Shown here one piece after another: positions 8,576-17,639 of a stretch of 64,000 nt of DNA. The first letter of the stretch is position 1, and each line of letters starts with the position of its first letter. Location of the stretch: contig OZ245033.1 in NCBI GenBank assembly GCA_965224025.1, positions 4,448,001 to 4,512,000 on the forward strand, read 5' to 3'. This stretch comes from Candidatus Multivorans sp. Lineage in GTDB: Bacteria; Acidobacteriota; Thermoanaerobaculia; Multivoradales; Multivoraceae. Both the position numbers and the translations under genes were made by a program. The notes below the pieces were generated by a model that was not told where the DNA came from, did not search any database, and was given only the letters and a program-made list of their open reading frames with translations.

Positions 8576-10089
8576 GAAGCGTCTCCCAGGGCGGCACCCA
8601 CCGCCGTCTTGCGCGCCGGGTTGAAGAACGGCCGTCTGGCGACCTGGGCACGGGCCCGGCGCCGTCCGTAGCCGACCGCGACCTCGACTTCCAGGGCGGT
8701 CCCGAGCGTCGCCACATCCGCCTGCACCGTCGCCAGGCCGATGTACTTCTTGAGCAGCGGCGAGAAGAACCGCGTCGTGCATTGCCCCACTTGCGAGCCC
8801 CCGGGCGTGAACACGGGCGTCGGTTCCCGCGAAGCCGGGTGACCGACCACCTGCGGCCGCAGATCGATCTCGGACCACAGCCGCTCCAGTTCGAACCAGT
8901 CGACTTCGAGCCCGACCATCGCCCAGGCCGGTCCCCGGTCGCGCTCCCGTTCCAGCGCCCGTCGGCCAACGAAGTCGGCCTGCTTGTCGAGCTTCACCGT
9001 GAAGCCCAGGCCCGCCTCGGCCGGAGTGACCTTGAGCACCTCGATCTCGGCGTGCAACGCCGACACGTAGTCGACGTCGATCAGCACCAGGCCCGCCTCG
9101 ACCCGCGCCATGTCGAGCGCGAGCAGTCCCGCCGGCCGCAGGCCGTGATCCGCCCCGGCGGCGGCGAGTGCATCCCAGAGGACCTCCGCGTGCTCCGCCG
9201 CGATCCAGAACTCGTAACCGAGGTCGCCGGTGTAGCCGGTGCGCGTCACGGTCACCGGAACGCCCCCGTCCTCGCCGGCCACGGCACCGAGCTCGGCGCC
9301 GGCGAGGTCGAAGTAGCGCATCCCGGCGAAGTCGACGCCCTGAACCGCCGCCTCGGCGATCGCCCGCGCCCGCGGTCCCTGGAGCGCGAGCACTCCCAGG
9401 TCGGCAGAGACATCCCGCACTTCGACCTCCATGCCGAGGCCGCAGTCCTCGAACCAGCGCAGGCACGGTTCCGCGGCGCTGACCAGGAACCGCTCGCGCT
9501 CCAGGCGCTGCACGTTGCCGTCCTGCAGCAGATGACCGTCCTCGTTGCACCACGACGTGTACATGACCCGGCCGACACGGCACTTCGTGAAGTCGCGCGT
9601 CATCGCCCGGTCGAGCACGCGTTCCGCGTCCGATCCGACCATCTCGTACTTGAACAGCGGCGACACGTCGATCAGGGCAGCCGTGTTGCGGACCGCCCAG
9701 TAGTCGCGATCCGGCGTCGGCTCGTAGTTCAGGGCGCACGTGTAGCCGGACCAGTCCCGCCAGGCGCCGCTCTCGCACAGGGCCTCCGTTCGACGGTGGA
9801 ACGGCGTCCGGAGCGGCTCCAGCAGCCGCAGGCCGTTGCGGCGGAACGGACGCTCGCCACCGCCGAAGCCGCCGTCAGGCAGCCACCGGTAGCCCTGCGT
9901 GTCCGGGTTGCGGCCAACCAGTCCCTCCGCCTCCAACACACCGAGCAGCCGGTGCGCCGTCGAAGGATGGAGTCCGTGCGCCGCGGCGAGGTCCGTCAGT
10001 CGATGCTCCGGCTGCTCCGCCGTGAACGACCGGTACAGCGACAGCGCCCGCTGAATGGCTTGCGTTCCCTGCGGAGCCCGGCGCGCCAT
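8572..10089 (-). CDS. IclR-type HTH fused to GcvT-family aminomethyltransferase
   Basis: N-terminal IclR HTH (GTQAIQRAL...LTDLAAAHGLHPSTAHRLLGVLEAEGLV) followed by GcvT motifs LRTPFH, DVSPLFKY, TRTGYTGDLGYE, ARVEAG and PFFNP. Confidence 0.88.
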   Translation of the reverse strand: MARRAPQGTQAIQRALSLYRSFTAEQPEHRLTDLAAAHGLHPSTAHRLLGVLEAEGLVGRNPDTQGYRWLPDGGFGGGERPFRRNGLRLLEPLRTPFHRRTEALCESGAWRDWSGYTCALNYEPTPDRDYWAVRNTAALIDVSPLFKYEMVGSDAERVLDRAMTRDFTKCRVGRVMYTSWCNEDGHLLQDGNVQRLERERFLVSAAEPCLRWFEDCGLGMEVEVRDVSADLGVLALQGPRARAIAEAAVQGVDFAGMRYFDLAGAELGAVAGEDGGVPVTVTRTGYTGDLGYEFWIAAEHAEVLWDALAAAGADHGLRPAGLLALDMARVEAGLVLIDVDYVSALHAEIEVLKVTPAEAGLGFTVKLDKQADFVGRRALERERDRGPAWAMVGLEVDWFELERLWSEIDLRPQVVGHPASREPTPVFTPGGSQVGQCTTRFFSPLLKKYIGLATVQADVATLGTALEVEVAVGYGRRRARAQVARRPFFNPARKTAVGAALGDAS

Positions 10090-10100
10090 GGGAAAGATGA

Positions 10101-10115
10101 TCTCACATCGTGGGA
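10101..10115. promoter_or_regulatory. Putative IclR-type operator
   Basis: TCTCAC-ATC-GTGGGA, a 15-bp near-palindrome 11 nt upstream of the HTH-GcvT start codon. Confidence 0.5.
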
Positions 10116-10176
10116 CGGCAAACGGCCACGACATCGAGTGCGAACGCACCTTCGGGCGGTCCGGTCGGCTACCGGT

Positions 10177-12945
10177 CTACCGGCCCCAGCGGTAGTGCAG
10201 GCGCGCGTAGTAGTAGCCGCCGCTCAGACCCCAGGGCGTGAACTGGCTGTAGGGAAGGCCGAACCGCGCGGCGAACAGGTCCATGCGGTCCGAGAACGTA
10301 TCGAACACGTTCTGGCCGCCGACGGAGAGCGTCGTGTCGCGCACCAGCGGGAAGCTGACCTCCAGGTCGAAGACGTAGCGGCCTCCGAGGACCGGCGCGT
10401 CGGCGCGGCGCACGGAGCGGGCGTCCAGGTGGTCGACCCACGATCCGAAATAGTGCAGGCGTCCGAGCAGGTCGACCGGTCCGATGCCCTGGTTGACGGC
10501 CAGGTTCCAGCGCGTCTTCGGCACGCCCCGTTCCAGGGCGAGCACGTCGCCGGGGCCGAGCAGGTCCGAGTCCTTCGTCACTTCCGTCTCCGTGTGATTC
10601 AGCGCCAGGCTGAACACCGTGTTGCCGCCCAACGCCGGCGGCGTCCAGGTCGAGACGATGTCGATCCCCTGGGTCCGCGACGAGAAGTCGTTGATGAAGA
10701 ACCGGAACGAGGACAGGGTGCGCGCCGAGGTAATCCCCTCCGACAGCAGCAGCGCGCGCTCTTCCGCGGCCAGCGTGAAGAACTGCGACAGGGCAAGCCG
10801 CCGGTCGACGTCGATGTGGAAGTAGTCCGCCGTCAACGTGAACGGCCCGGTGTCGACCACCAAACCCGCCGTCGCGTTGGTCGAGGTCTCGGGTTCGAGG
10901 GCTTGGCCGCCCCGGAACTGCGCGGCGCGGAAGGTCGACGGCACCGTGGCGCTGTCGACCAGATCGAGCGTTTCCGGGTTGATCGTCGACTGCACGTTGA
11001 ACACGTTCTGCTGGCCGGGCGTCGGAGCGCGGAAGCCGCTGCTGACGCCGCCGCGCACGGAAACCGTGTCGGCCAGGGCGTAGCGGGCCGAAAGCTTTCC
11101 GTTCGTCGTGTCGCCGAAGACATCGAAGTGCTCGAACCGGAGCGCGCCGCCGAGCGTCCAGCGGCCGTCCGGATCCCGTAACTCCAGGTCGCCGTAGACC
11201 GCCGCGTTGGCGCGGTTCCAGGTCCCGGCCGTGTAATCGGGGAACCCCGGAAAACCGTTGGAGCCGGAAACGAACCCCTGCGCGGCGTACGGTCCGACCT
11301 GCCACGACGGCACTTGGCCGGAGCGAATCGTGAAGCGCTCGTCACGCCACTCGGCGCCGCCGGCCACATGAAGGCTCTCGGTGACGGCGTAGGAGACGTC
11401 GAAGTTCAGGTTGACCTCGGCCTGCCGGTAGACACCCGGGTCGAAGTCGCGGGGACTCGCCGGACCCAGCGAGGCGTTCACTGTGTTGAACAGGAAGAAG
11501 TCCGCCTGGTGAGAGCCGTAGCTGGCGCTGGCGTCCCAGGTGAAACCGCCTTGCGTGGTCCGGCGCAGGCCGGCCACCGCTGATGTATCGGTCATCACGC
11601 CGCTGAAGTAGGGGGTGAAACCGCCCGGCGCGATCTCCTGGAAGGAGAAGCAGTTCGGGTCGGCGAACACCTGCGCCAGCGCGTGCTGATCGGGCCGGTC
11701 GTCGGTGATCGTCACGGTCGGGCAACCCGCCGATCCATCGCGCACGCCGTCCTGCGCGTCGAGCACGTCACCGATGAGCAGCGTGCGACCGCCGTCCAGG
11801 CTGAAGATGTTGGCGCGCGTATTGGGATTCCGGTAGTAGAAGCCCTGCGTCGCCGTCTTGTCGGCGTAGTTGGCATGCCCGTAGATCTGGATGCCGTTCG
11901 CGAGCAGCTTGCCGAAGTTGCCGAACAGCTTCAGGTCGTCCTCGTACTCCGAGTCGCCCCAGACCTGCGCCGGGTCGAGGACGTGCGTGTTGCCGGCGGC
12001 GATCAGCGCCGCCGCGTCGGCGCGCTGCACGCTGCGGCTGGTCGGGTCGGCGTTGCCGTACTCCATGCTCAGATGCGCGAACCCGTTCTCCCCCAGCGGC
12101 AGGCCGATGTCGCCGGCGATCGTGTACGCCTCGCCGTCGCCCGCGCCGTAGACGCCGCTCTTCACCTCCAGGCTGCCGCCCGACGGGTCGTCCTTGAGCA
12201 GGAAGTTCATCACGCCCGCGATCGCGTCGGAGCCGTACTGCGCCGAGGCGCCGTCGCGCAGCACCTCGACCTGGCGCAGCGCGGTCGCGGGGATTGTCGA
12301 GATGTCCGGCCCCTGGGTGCCGTCGGTGACGCCTCCGAACCAGACCAGAATCGCCGAGCGATGCCGGCGCTTGCCGTTCACGAGTACCAGCGTGTGGTCG
12401 TGAGCCAGGTTGCGCAGACTGGCCGGCCGCACCAGCGACGCGGCGCCGCTGATCGGATGGGTCGCGACGTTGAACGAGGGCACCAGGTTCCGCAACAGGT
12501 AGTCGAGCGAGCTGGCGCCCTGGCTGACGACATCCTCGACCGGGATGGCGTCGATCGGAACGGAGGACTCGGTCACCGACCGCGGCCGCGAGCGGCTGCC
12601 GACCACCACCAATTGCTCGTCGAACTCCGCGACCAGCTCCACCGCGAGGGTCGTCGGCGCCCCGGCCTCGACCGCCACGCCGCGGCGCACGACCTCGTGG
12701 AAGCCGGACAGCGTCAGCTTCACGTCGTACAGGCCCGGCAGGAGACCGTCGATAGAGAACACGCCCTCGCTGTCGGTGACGACGACTTCGACCGGTCCCC
12801 AGGACTCCACGCTCCGCGCCTCCACGGTGACGCCGGGCAGCGCGACACCGGCAGCCGCCACGATGCCTTCGATGCCGGCTTCCCTGGCCTGGACGGCGCC
12901 CGGCGCCGCAAGCGCGGTCAACAAGGCAATGCGGAGGCCTCTCAC
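10177..12945 (-). CDS. TonB-dependent receptor with N-terminal carboxypeptidase-regulatory-like domain
   Basis: Signal peptide from GTG 12945 (start uncertain), VVVGSR, plug motifs LVLVNGKRRH and VEVLRDGASAQYGSDAIAGVMN, SSGFRAP, C-terminal YYARLHYRW. Confidence 0.9.
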   Translation of the reverse strand: MRGLRIALLTALAAPGAVQAREAGIEGIVAAAGVALPGVTVEARSVESWGPVEVVVTDSEGVFSIDGLLPGLYDVKLTLSGFHEVVRRGVAVEAGAPTTLAVELVAEFDEQLVVVGSRSRPRSVTESSVPIDAIPVEDVVSQGASSLDYLLRNLVPSFNVATHPISGAASLVRPASLRNLAHDHTLVLVNGKRRHRSAILVWFGGVTDGTQGPDISTIPATALRQVEVLRDGASAQYGSDAIAGVMNFLLKDDPSGGSLEVKSGVYGAGDGEAYTIAGDIGLPLGENGFAHLSMEYGNADPTSRSVQRADAAALIAAGNTHVLDPAQVWGDSEYEDDLKLFGNFGKLLANGIQIYGHANYADKTATQGFYYRNPNTRANIFSLDGGRTLLIGDVLDAQDGVRDGSAGCPTVTITDDRPDQHALAQVFADPNCFSFQEIAPGGFTPYFSGVMTDTSAVAGLRRTTQGGFTWDASASYGSHQADFFLFNTVNASLGPASPRDFDPGVYRQAEVNLNFDVSYAVTESLHVAGGAEWRDERFTIRSGQVPSWQVGPYAAQGFVSGSNGFPGFPDYTAGTWNRANAAVYGDLELRDPDGRWTLGGALRFEHFDVFGDTTNGKLSARYALADTVSVRGGVSSGFRAPTPGQQNVFNVQSTINPETLDLVDSATVPSTFRAAQFRGGQALEPETSTNATAGLVVDTGPFTLTADYFHIDVDRRLALSQFFTLAAEERALLLSEGITSARTLSSFRFFINDFSSRTQGIDIVSTWTPPALGGNTVFSLALNHTETEVTKDSDLLGPGDVLALERGVPKTRWNLAVNQGIGPVDLLGRLHYFGSWVDHLDARSVRRADAPVLGGRYVFDLEVSFPLVRDTTLSVGGQNVFDTFSDRMDLFAARFGLPYSQFTPWGLSGGYYYARLHYRWGR

Positions 12946-13223
12946 GGCCCAGTCGACGCGACGCGCGTCATGGTCGCGTGCTTGGCGCCCGGCCTTCCCG
13001 AGGGAACGGTGGGCACGGCGCAGAGGGGCTGGCGCGGCACGGCCGGATGATGGCACATCGACGGCGCCAGGATTCGTCTCATGATCCCTTGCAAGGCGCC
13101 CCGGCCGCTGGACGACCGCGCCTCCAGCCGGGGCCCTTCGCCACCCGCGAGAGTGAGGCGCCCGTCGGGCCGGTAGGTCCACGCGCGCCGGGCCCGGGCC
13201 TGAGGCCATGGAGCGGATTCCGC

Positions 13224-14558
13224 TTATCTCGCCGCCTGCACCGTGAACGGCACCCGAAACCCTGGACAACCCGCGTCGCTATACCAGGCCGTGCCCTCCT
13301 GCACCAAGTCGAGGACGAGGACGTAGGCGCCCGGACCTTCGGGAGGGCGAATACGCATGGCCACCGACACCTCTTCCCCCGGGGCCACAACCCGGGGCAA
13401 CCGGCTCCGCAATCCGTCCAGATCGACTACGGCGCCGCGCCGATTGAGCCAGTGGTAACTCGCGTGATCGGGCGCGTCGTTGCACTCGCTCGAAAGCCGA
13501 CGCCAGCTCCTGTTCCTGAACGTCACTTCCACTTGGAATTCGACACCAGCCTCCGCCTCGGATGGGCCTTCGAACGCGACCCACTGCACGTCGTGCGCGC
13601 CACGCACCTCGTCGACCCACTCAACGCCGGGAGGCCTGGCCGGGAGCGGGCGCCGCTGACCGGCTGCGCCCCGCTCAGCGTAGATCACGAGGTGCTTCGC
13701 GAACAGATCGAGATCCCGCTCTCGCAGAACGTCGTCCACCCGCGCGTAGAGTTCGTAGGTAAGCCGTCCGAAATGGCGCCTGATGTCCGTGTCGAGATCG
13801 GGTGATCCCGGATATGCCTCCAGCCCGGCCACCGTGCCACGAATCGTGAGGCCGTAGCCGGCGAAGAAGGCCTCGAAGTCCCCGACCGCGTAGCGGTGTT
13901 CGATCGGTTCTTCCACGAGCGCGGCAACCGGCGCCGGTTCGAGAGAAGCAGGCGACCGCTCGCCCGTCGCGGAGGCAATGCGGGCGCGGATGCCGTCCAG
14001 GTCTCGCGCGAGCCAGTCGAAGTCGAGTTCTCTGCTCCAGCTTCCTTTCCAGTCCCCACGCGGCTCGATCAAGAGGAACCTCTTCGACCACGCGCCGAGG
14101 CGACTGACGAGGGTCTGCGGATCGGTCAGGTGATGGAAGGCGTCGAACATCGTGACAAGGTCGACTGGCTCAGCCGGCGCGTAGCGCTCGACATCCGCGA
14201 CCTCGAACGTCGCGTTGGCGAGACCCAGCGCCTCCGCATGCTCCTTCGCCCGGGCAATCCCGGCGTCGCTGTGGTCCACGCCCACGAAGGCGACGTCCGG
14301 GAGCCTCCGCGCCAGCTCGCACGTGATCTCTCCGGGGCCGCATCCCAGATCCAGAACCGACCGTGACGCCGCGACATATGGCTCGCAAAGGTCCGCGAAG
14401 CGCCGAATCGTCACATAGCCGGGATAGGCGTCACGAAACGGGTCGAACCGCTGGGCCCCGAAAAGGGCATCGTGAAAGGCCCGGTCGCGGTCGGGCGACC
14501 AGCGCTGCCAGAAGGTTCGTGCGCGACGCAGGATTCGGCGTAGGAGTCGCGTGAGCAT
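13224..14558 (-). CDS. Class I SAM-dependent methyltransferase with C-terminal Ig-like domain
   Basis: VLDLGCGPGE, GVDHS and FHHL. The C-terminal FRNRSWRRL...SYHW...PGAYVLVLDLVQEGTAWY resembles an NBR1/Wzt-C-type Ig fold. Confidence 0.8.
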   Translation of the reverse strand: MLTRLLRRILRRARTFWQRWSPDRDRAFHDALFGAQRFDPFRDAYPGYVTIRRFADLCEPYVAASRSVLDLGCGPGEITCELARRLPDVAFVGVDHSDAGIARAKEHAEALGLANATFEVADVERYAPAEPVDLVTMFDAFHHLTDPQTLVSRLGAWSKRFLLIEPRGDWKGSWSRELDFDWLARDLDGIRARIASATGERSPASLEPAPVAALVEEPIEHRYAVGDFEAFFAGYGLTIRGTVAGLEAYPGSPDLDTDIRRHFGRLTYELYARVDDVLRERDLDLFAKHLVIYAERGAAGQRRPLPARPPGVEWVDEVRGAHDVQWVAFEGPSEAEAGVEFQVEVTFRNRSWRRLSSECNDAPDHASYHWLNRRGAVVDLDGLRSRLPRVVAPGEEVSVAMRIRPPEGPGAYVLVLDLVQEGTAWYSDAGCPGFRVPFTVQAAR

Positions 14559-14630
14559 GGTTGCGGCGCAACGGTAGCCTAGCTGACTTCCCGTTCCGGC
14601 TCGCCGCGGAATTCTCTGTAGGATGCCTCC

Positions 14631-15782
14631 ATGAACCCCCGTAAGGCGCCCCGCCCGCTAGAGGGACGGCTGTACACCGACCCGGCCATCTTCGACGAGG
14701 AGATGGAGCGCATCTTCTCGCGCATGTGGGTGTGCGGGGGGCGGCTCGAGGAGCTGGACGAACCGGGGCGCTTCGTGACCCGCGAGGTCGGCGGCGAATC
14801 GATCGTCGCCGTGCGGACCGCGGCTGCCAGTGGCGGCGCCGGGGCAACCGGCAACGGAAGCGCGCCCGGAACAGCCGCCGGCGTCGGCTCTGCCCAGGGA
14901 TTGGCCGCCTTCTTCAACGTCTGCCGTCACCGGGGGTCGCGGGTCGTCGATGAGTGCGCGGGCCGGGCCAAGGTTTTCCAGTGCCCTTACCACGCCTGGA
15001 CCTACGGTCTCGACGGGCGCCTGGTCGGCGCGCCGCACATGGGCCGCGACTTCGACGCCAAGGGCGCCGGCCTGGTGCCGGTGCGCATCGAGGCGCTGAA
15101 CGGCTTCTTCTACCTGTCCCTGCCGGTCGACGGGCCCCCGCTCGCCGAGGTGACCGCCGACCTGCCCGACATCTCTCGCTTCACGCTCGACCGGCTGGTC
15201 CGCGGCGACCGCCACGAGTACGAGGCGCAGGCGAACTGGAAGATCCTGTGCGAGAACTACAACGAGTGCTACCACTGCGCGGTCGTCCACCCGGAGCTGA
15301 ACCGGGTGTCGGACTACCGCAACGGCGGCAACCTGGAAACCGGCCGCTTCTTCGTCGGCGGTCCGATGACCTTGAATGAGGGCTGCGACACGATGACGGC
15401 GACCGGGCGCAGCGACCGCCCCGACCTGCCCGCCATCGAACTCCCCGACCGGACCTCGGTCCAGTACTACCACGTGTACCCCAACCTGCTGATCAGCCTG
15501 CACCGGGACTACGTGGTGACCCACACGCTGTGGCCGATCGAGGCGGGCCGCACCAGGATCGTCTGCGAGTGGCTGTTCGACCCCGACGTGGCCGCGGCCC
15601 CCGGTTTCGACCCCAGCGACGCCGTGGACTTCTGGCATGTCGTCAACAGACAGGACTGGAACGTCTGCGCGCGCACGCAGTTGGGCGTCGCGTCCCGCGG
15701 CTACCTCCCCACCGCCTACGAAGAGAGTGAAGCCTGCGTTCAGGTCTTCGACGGCTGGTACCTGGACCAGATGGGCCTGTGA
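14631..15782 (+). CDS. Rieske non-heme iron oxygenase alpha subunit (GbcA/choline monooxygenase-like)
   Basis: Rieske motif CRHRG...CPYHAWTY, mononuclear iron site NWKILCENYNECYHC...VH, and QDWNVC. Confidence 0.92.
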   Translation: MNPRKAPRPLEGRLYTDPAIFDEEMERIFSRMWVCGGRLEELDEPGRFVTREVGGESIVAVRTAAASGGAGATGNGSAPGTAAGVGSAQGLAAFFNVCRHRGSRVVDECAGRAKVFQCPYHAWTYGLDGRLVGAPHMGRDFDAKGAGLVPVRIEALNGFFYLSLPVDGPPLAEVTADLPDISRFTLDRLVRGDRHEYEAQANWKILCENYNECYHCAVVHPELNRVSDYRNGGNLETGRFFVGGPMTLNEGCDTMTATGRSDRPDLPAIELPDRTSVQYYHVYPNLLISLHRDYVVTHTLWPIEAGRTRIVCEWLFDPDVAAAPGFDPSDAVDFWHVVNRQDWNVCARTQLGVASRGYLPTAYEESEACVQVFDGWYLDQMGL

Positions 15783-15841
15783 GCCGGCGCTCCCGGCCGA
15801 CGCCAACTCCGCCACCAGAGCGCCTGCACTGAAGGCCGCCC

Positions 15842-17266
15842 ATGTGGCTCCGTGAACACGCGCTGATCCTCGTCCTGTTCGCCCTCTACACGGGCGTACT
15901 GGTTCACCACGCGCTGATCGGCCAGCGCCGGACGCGCGATCTCGCCGATTTCCTGGTCGGCGGCCGCTCGCTCGGCGGCATCATCCTGGGCGTCTCATTC
16001 TTCGCCACCTACGCCAGCACGAACAGCTTCATCGGTTTCGCCGGCAGGGCCTACGCCTCGGGCATCGCCTGGCTCCTGATCGTCCCCACCGCAGTCATCC
16101 TGTCCTTCGTCGCCTGGGCGTGGCTGGCGCCGCGGCTGCGCGGCGTCACCGAGACGCTCGGCTCGGTAACGATTCCGGACTACATCGGCTTCCGCTTCAA
16201 CAGCCGGCCGGCCCGCTTCGTCGCCGCCCTGATCGTCATCTTCTCGAGCTTCCTGTACATGACCGCGGTGTTCAAGGGCATCGGCTCGCTGTTGGTCGAG
16301 CTGCTGGATCTGAGCTACGGCTTGTCGCTCTTCGTCGTCGTGCTGATCGTCTGCCTCTACACGATGATCGGCGGCTTCCATTCCGTGGCGCGGACCGACT
16401 TCCTCCAGGGCATGCTGATGACGATGGCGGCGGTGCTGATGTTCTTCCTCATCACCCGCGCCGCCGGCGGCATCGGCCGTCTCGCCGACCTGGCGCAGAT
16501 CGGCGACGGCTCGCTCGTCCGTTGGGACACGGCGCAACCCCTCGGGATGCTGATCGGCGTCGTCTTCGCCTCGACCGTCAAGCTGGTCGTCGAACCGCGC
16601 CAGCTCTCCCGTTTCTACGCCCTGGAGACCGAGAGCGCCGCGAAGAGCGGCCTGGTCGTGTCGACCCTGAGCTTCCTGATCGTGTTCAGCCTGCTGGCGC
16701 CGCTCGGGCTCTACGCCCACTTCGTCGTCGGCCAGGGCGTCGCCGACACGGACCAGGTCATTCCCATGATGCTGAGCGACCCGGCCATCTTCCCGCCGGT
16801 GGTCCAGGCCCTCCTGTTCCTGGCCCTGGTTTCGGCGGCCATGTCCTCGCTCGACAGCGTCCTTCTGGTCATGGCCTCCACAGCGCAGCGCGACCTGCTC
16901 GGCCTGCTCGTCCCCGCCGACGACCGCCACGCCATCCGCAACACCCGCATCTGCGTCGTGCTCTTTGCCGCCATCACCGCGATTCTCGCGATCGACCCGC
17001 CCGGCGGCATCGTCGAGTTGACGTCCTTCTCAGGCGCCCTCTACGCCGCCTGCTTCCTGCCCTCCCTTGCCCTGGGCCTTACCTGGCGCCGCGGCAACGG
17101 CGCGGCGGCTCTGTGGTCCTTCGCCGCCGGCGGCGGGACCCTGGGGCTCTGGATGCTGCTCGACATCCAGGGCATGCACGCGGTGTTCCCGGCGATGGCG
17201 ATTTCGTTCGCGGCCTACTGCGTCGCCGCCTTGGCGGCGCCGGAGGCGAAGGGGTTGTTTGGGTAA
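15842..17266 (+). CDS. Sodium:solute symporter (SSS) family transporter
   Basis: DFLVGGRSLG, STNSFIG, TIPDY, GGFHSVARTD and SAAMSSLDS; about 13 TM segments. Confidence 0.92.
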   Translation: MWLREHALILVLFALYTGVLVHHALIGQRRTRDLADFLVGGRSLGGIILGVSFFATYASTNSFIGFAGRAYASGIAWLLIVPTAVILSFVAWAWLAPRLRGVTETLGSVTIPDYIGFRFNSRPARFVAALIVIFSSFLYMTAVFKGIGSLLVELLDLSYGLSLFVVVLIVCLYTMIGGFHSVARTDFLQGMLMTMAAVLMFFLITRAAGGIGRLADLAQIGDGSLVRWDTAQPLGMLIGVVFASTVKLVVEPRQLSRFYALETESAAKSGLVVSTLSFLIVFSLLAPLGLYAHFVVGQGVADTDQVIPMMLSDPAIFPPVVQALLFLALVSAAMSSLDSVLLVMASTAQRDLLGLLVPADDRHAIRNTRICVVLFAAITAILAIDPPGGIVELTSFSGALYAACFLPSLALGLTWRRGNGAAALWSFAAGGGTLGLWMLLDIQGMHAVFPAMAISFAAYCVAALAAPEAKGLFG

Positions 17267-17274
17267 GGACCCAT

Positions 17275-17520
17275 ATGCGATTCATAGACGCCTTCGAGGC
17301 CAAGACCCATCTCTTCCGCCTCCTCAATGCTGCCGAGAAGGGTGAGGTCATCACCATCACCAAGCGGGGGCGGCCTGTTGCGCGGCTCATGCCGACCGCG
17401 CCGGTAGATTGCAGACGGGCCGCAAGAGCCGTATCCAACCTTCGCGCACTGCGCCGGCAGATCGGCTGGTCCGGGACGGTCGACGAAATCCTCGCCCTCC
17501 GCGATGCCGGGCGCCGATGA
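17275..17520 (+). CDS. Phd/YefM-family antitoxin
   Basis: FEAKTHLFRLL...GEVITITKRGRPVARL...ILALRDAGRR. Confidence 0.88.
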   Translation: MRFIDAFEAKTHLFRLLNAAEKGEVITITKRGRPVARLMPTAPVDCRRAARAVSNLRALRRQIGWSGTVDEILALRDAGRR

Positions 17521-17624
17521 GCGCTCCCGTACTCGACTGCTCCGTCGCCTGCGCTCGGCTGCTTGACGACGAGATCACGGAGGCCGAGCATGCGGCCCAA
17601 GACGCCGGAGCAACACCAGAGTAG
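17517..17624 (+). pseudogene. Truncated VapC/PIN toxin remnant
   Basis: ATGA overlap with the antitoxin. MSAPVLDCSVA...LLDDE resembles a PIN N-terminus but stops after 35 aa. Confidence 0.65.
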
Positions 17625-17639
17625 GGGGATCGCACCGAT

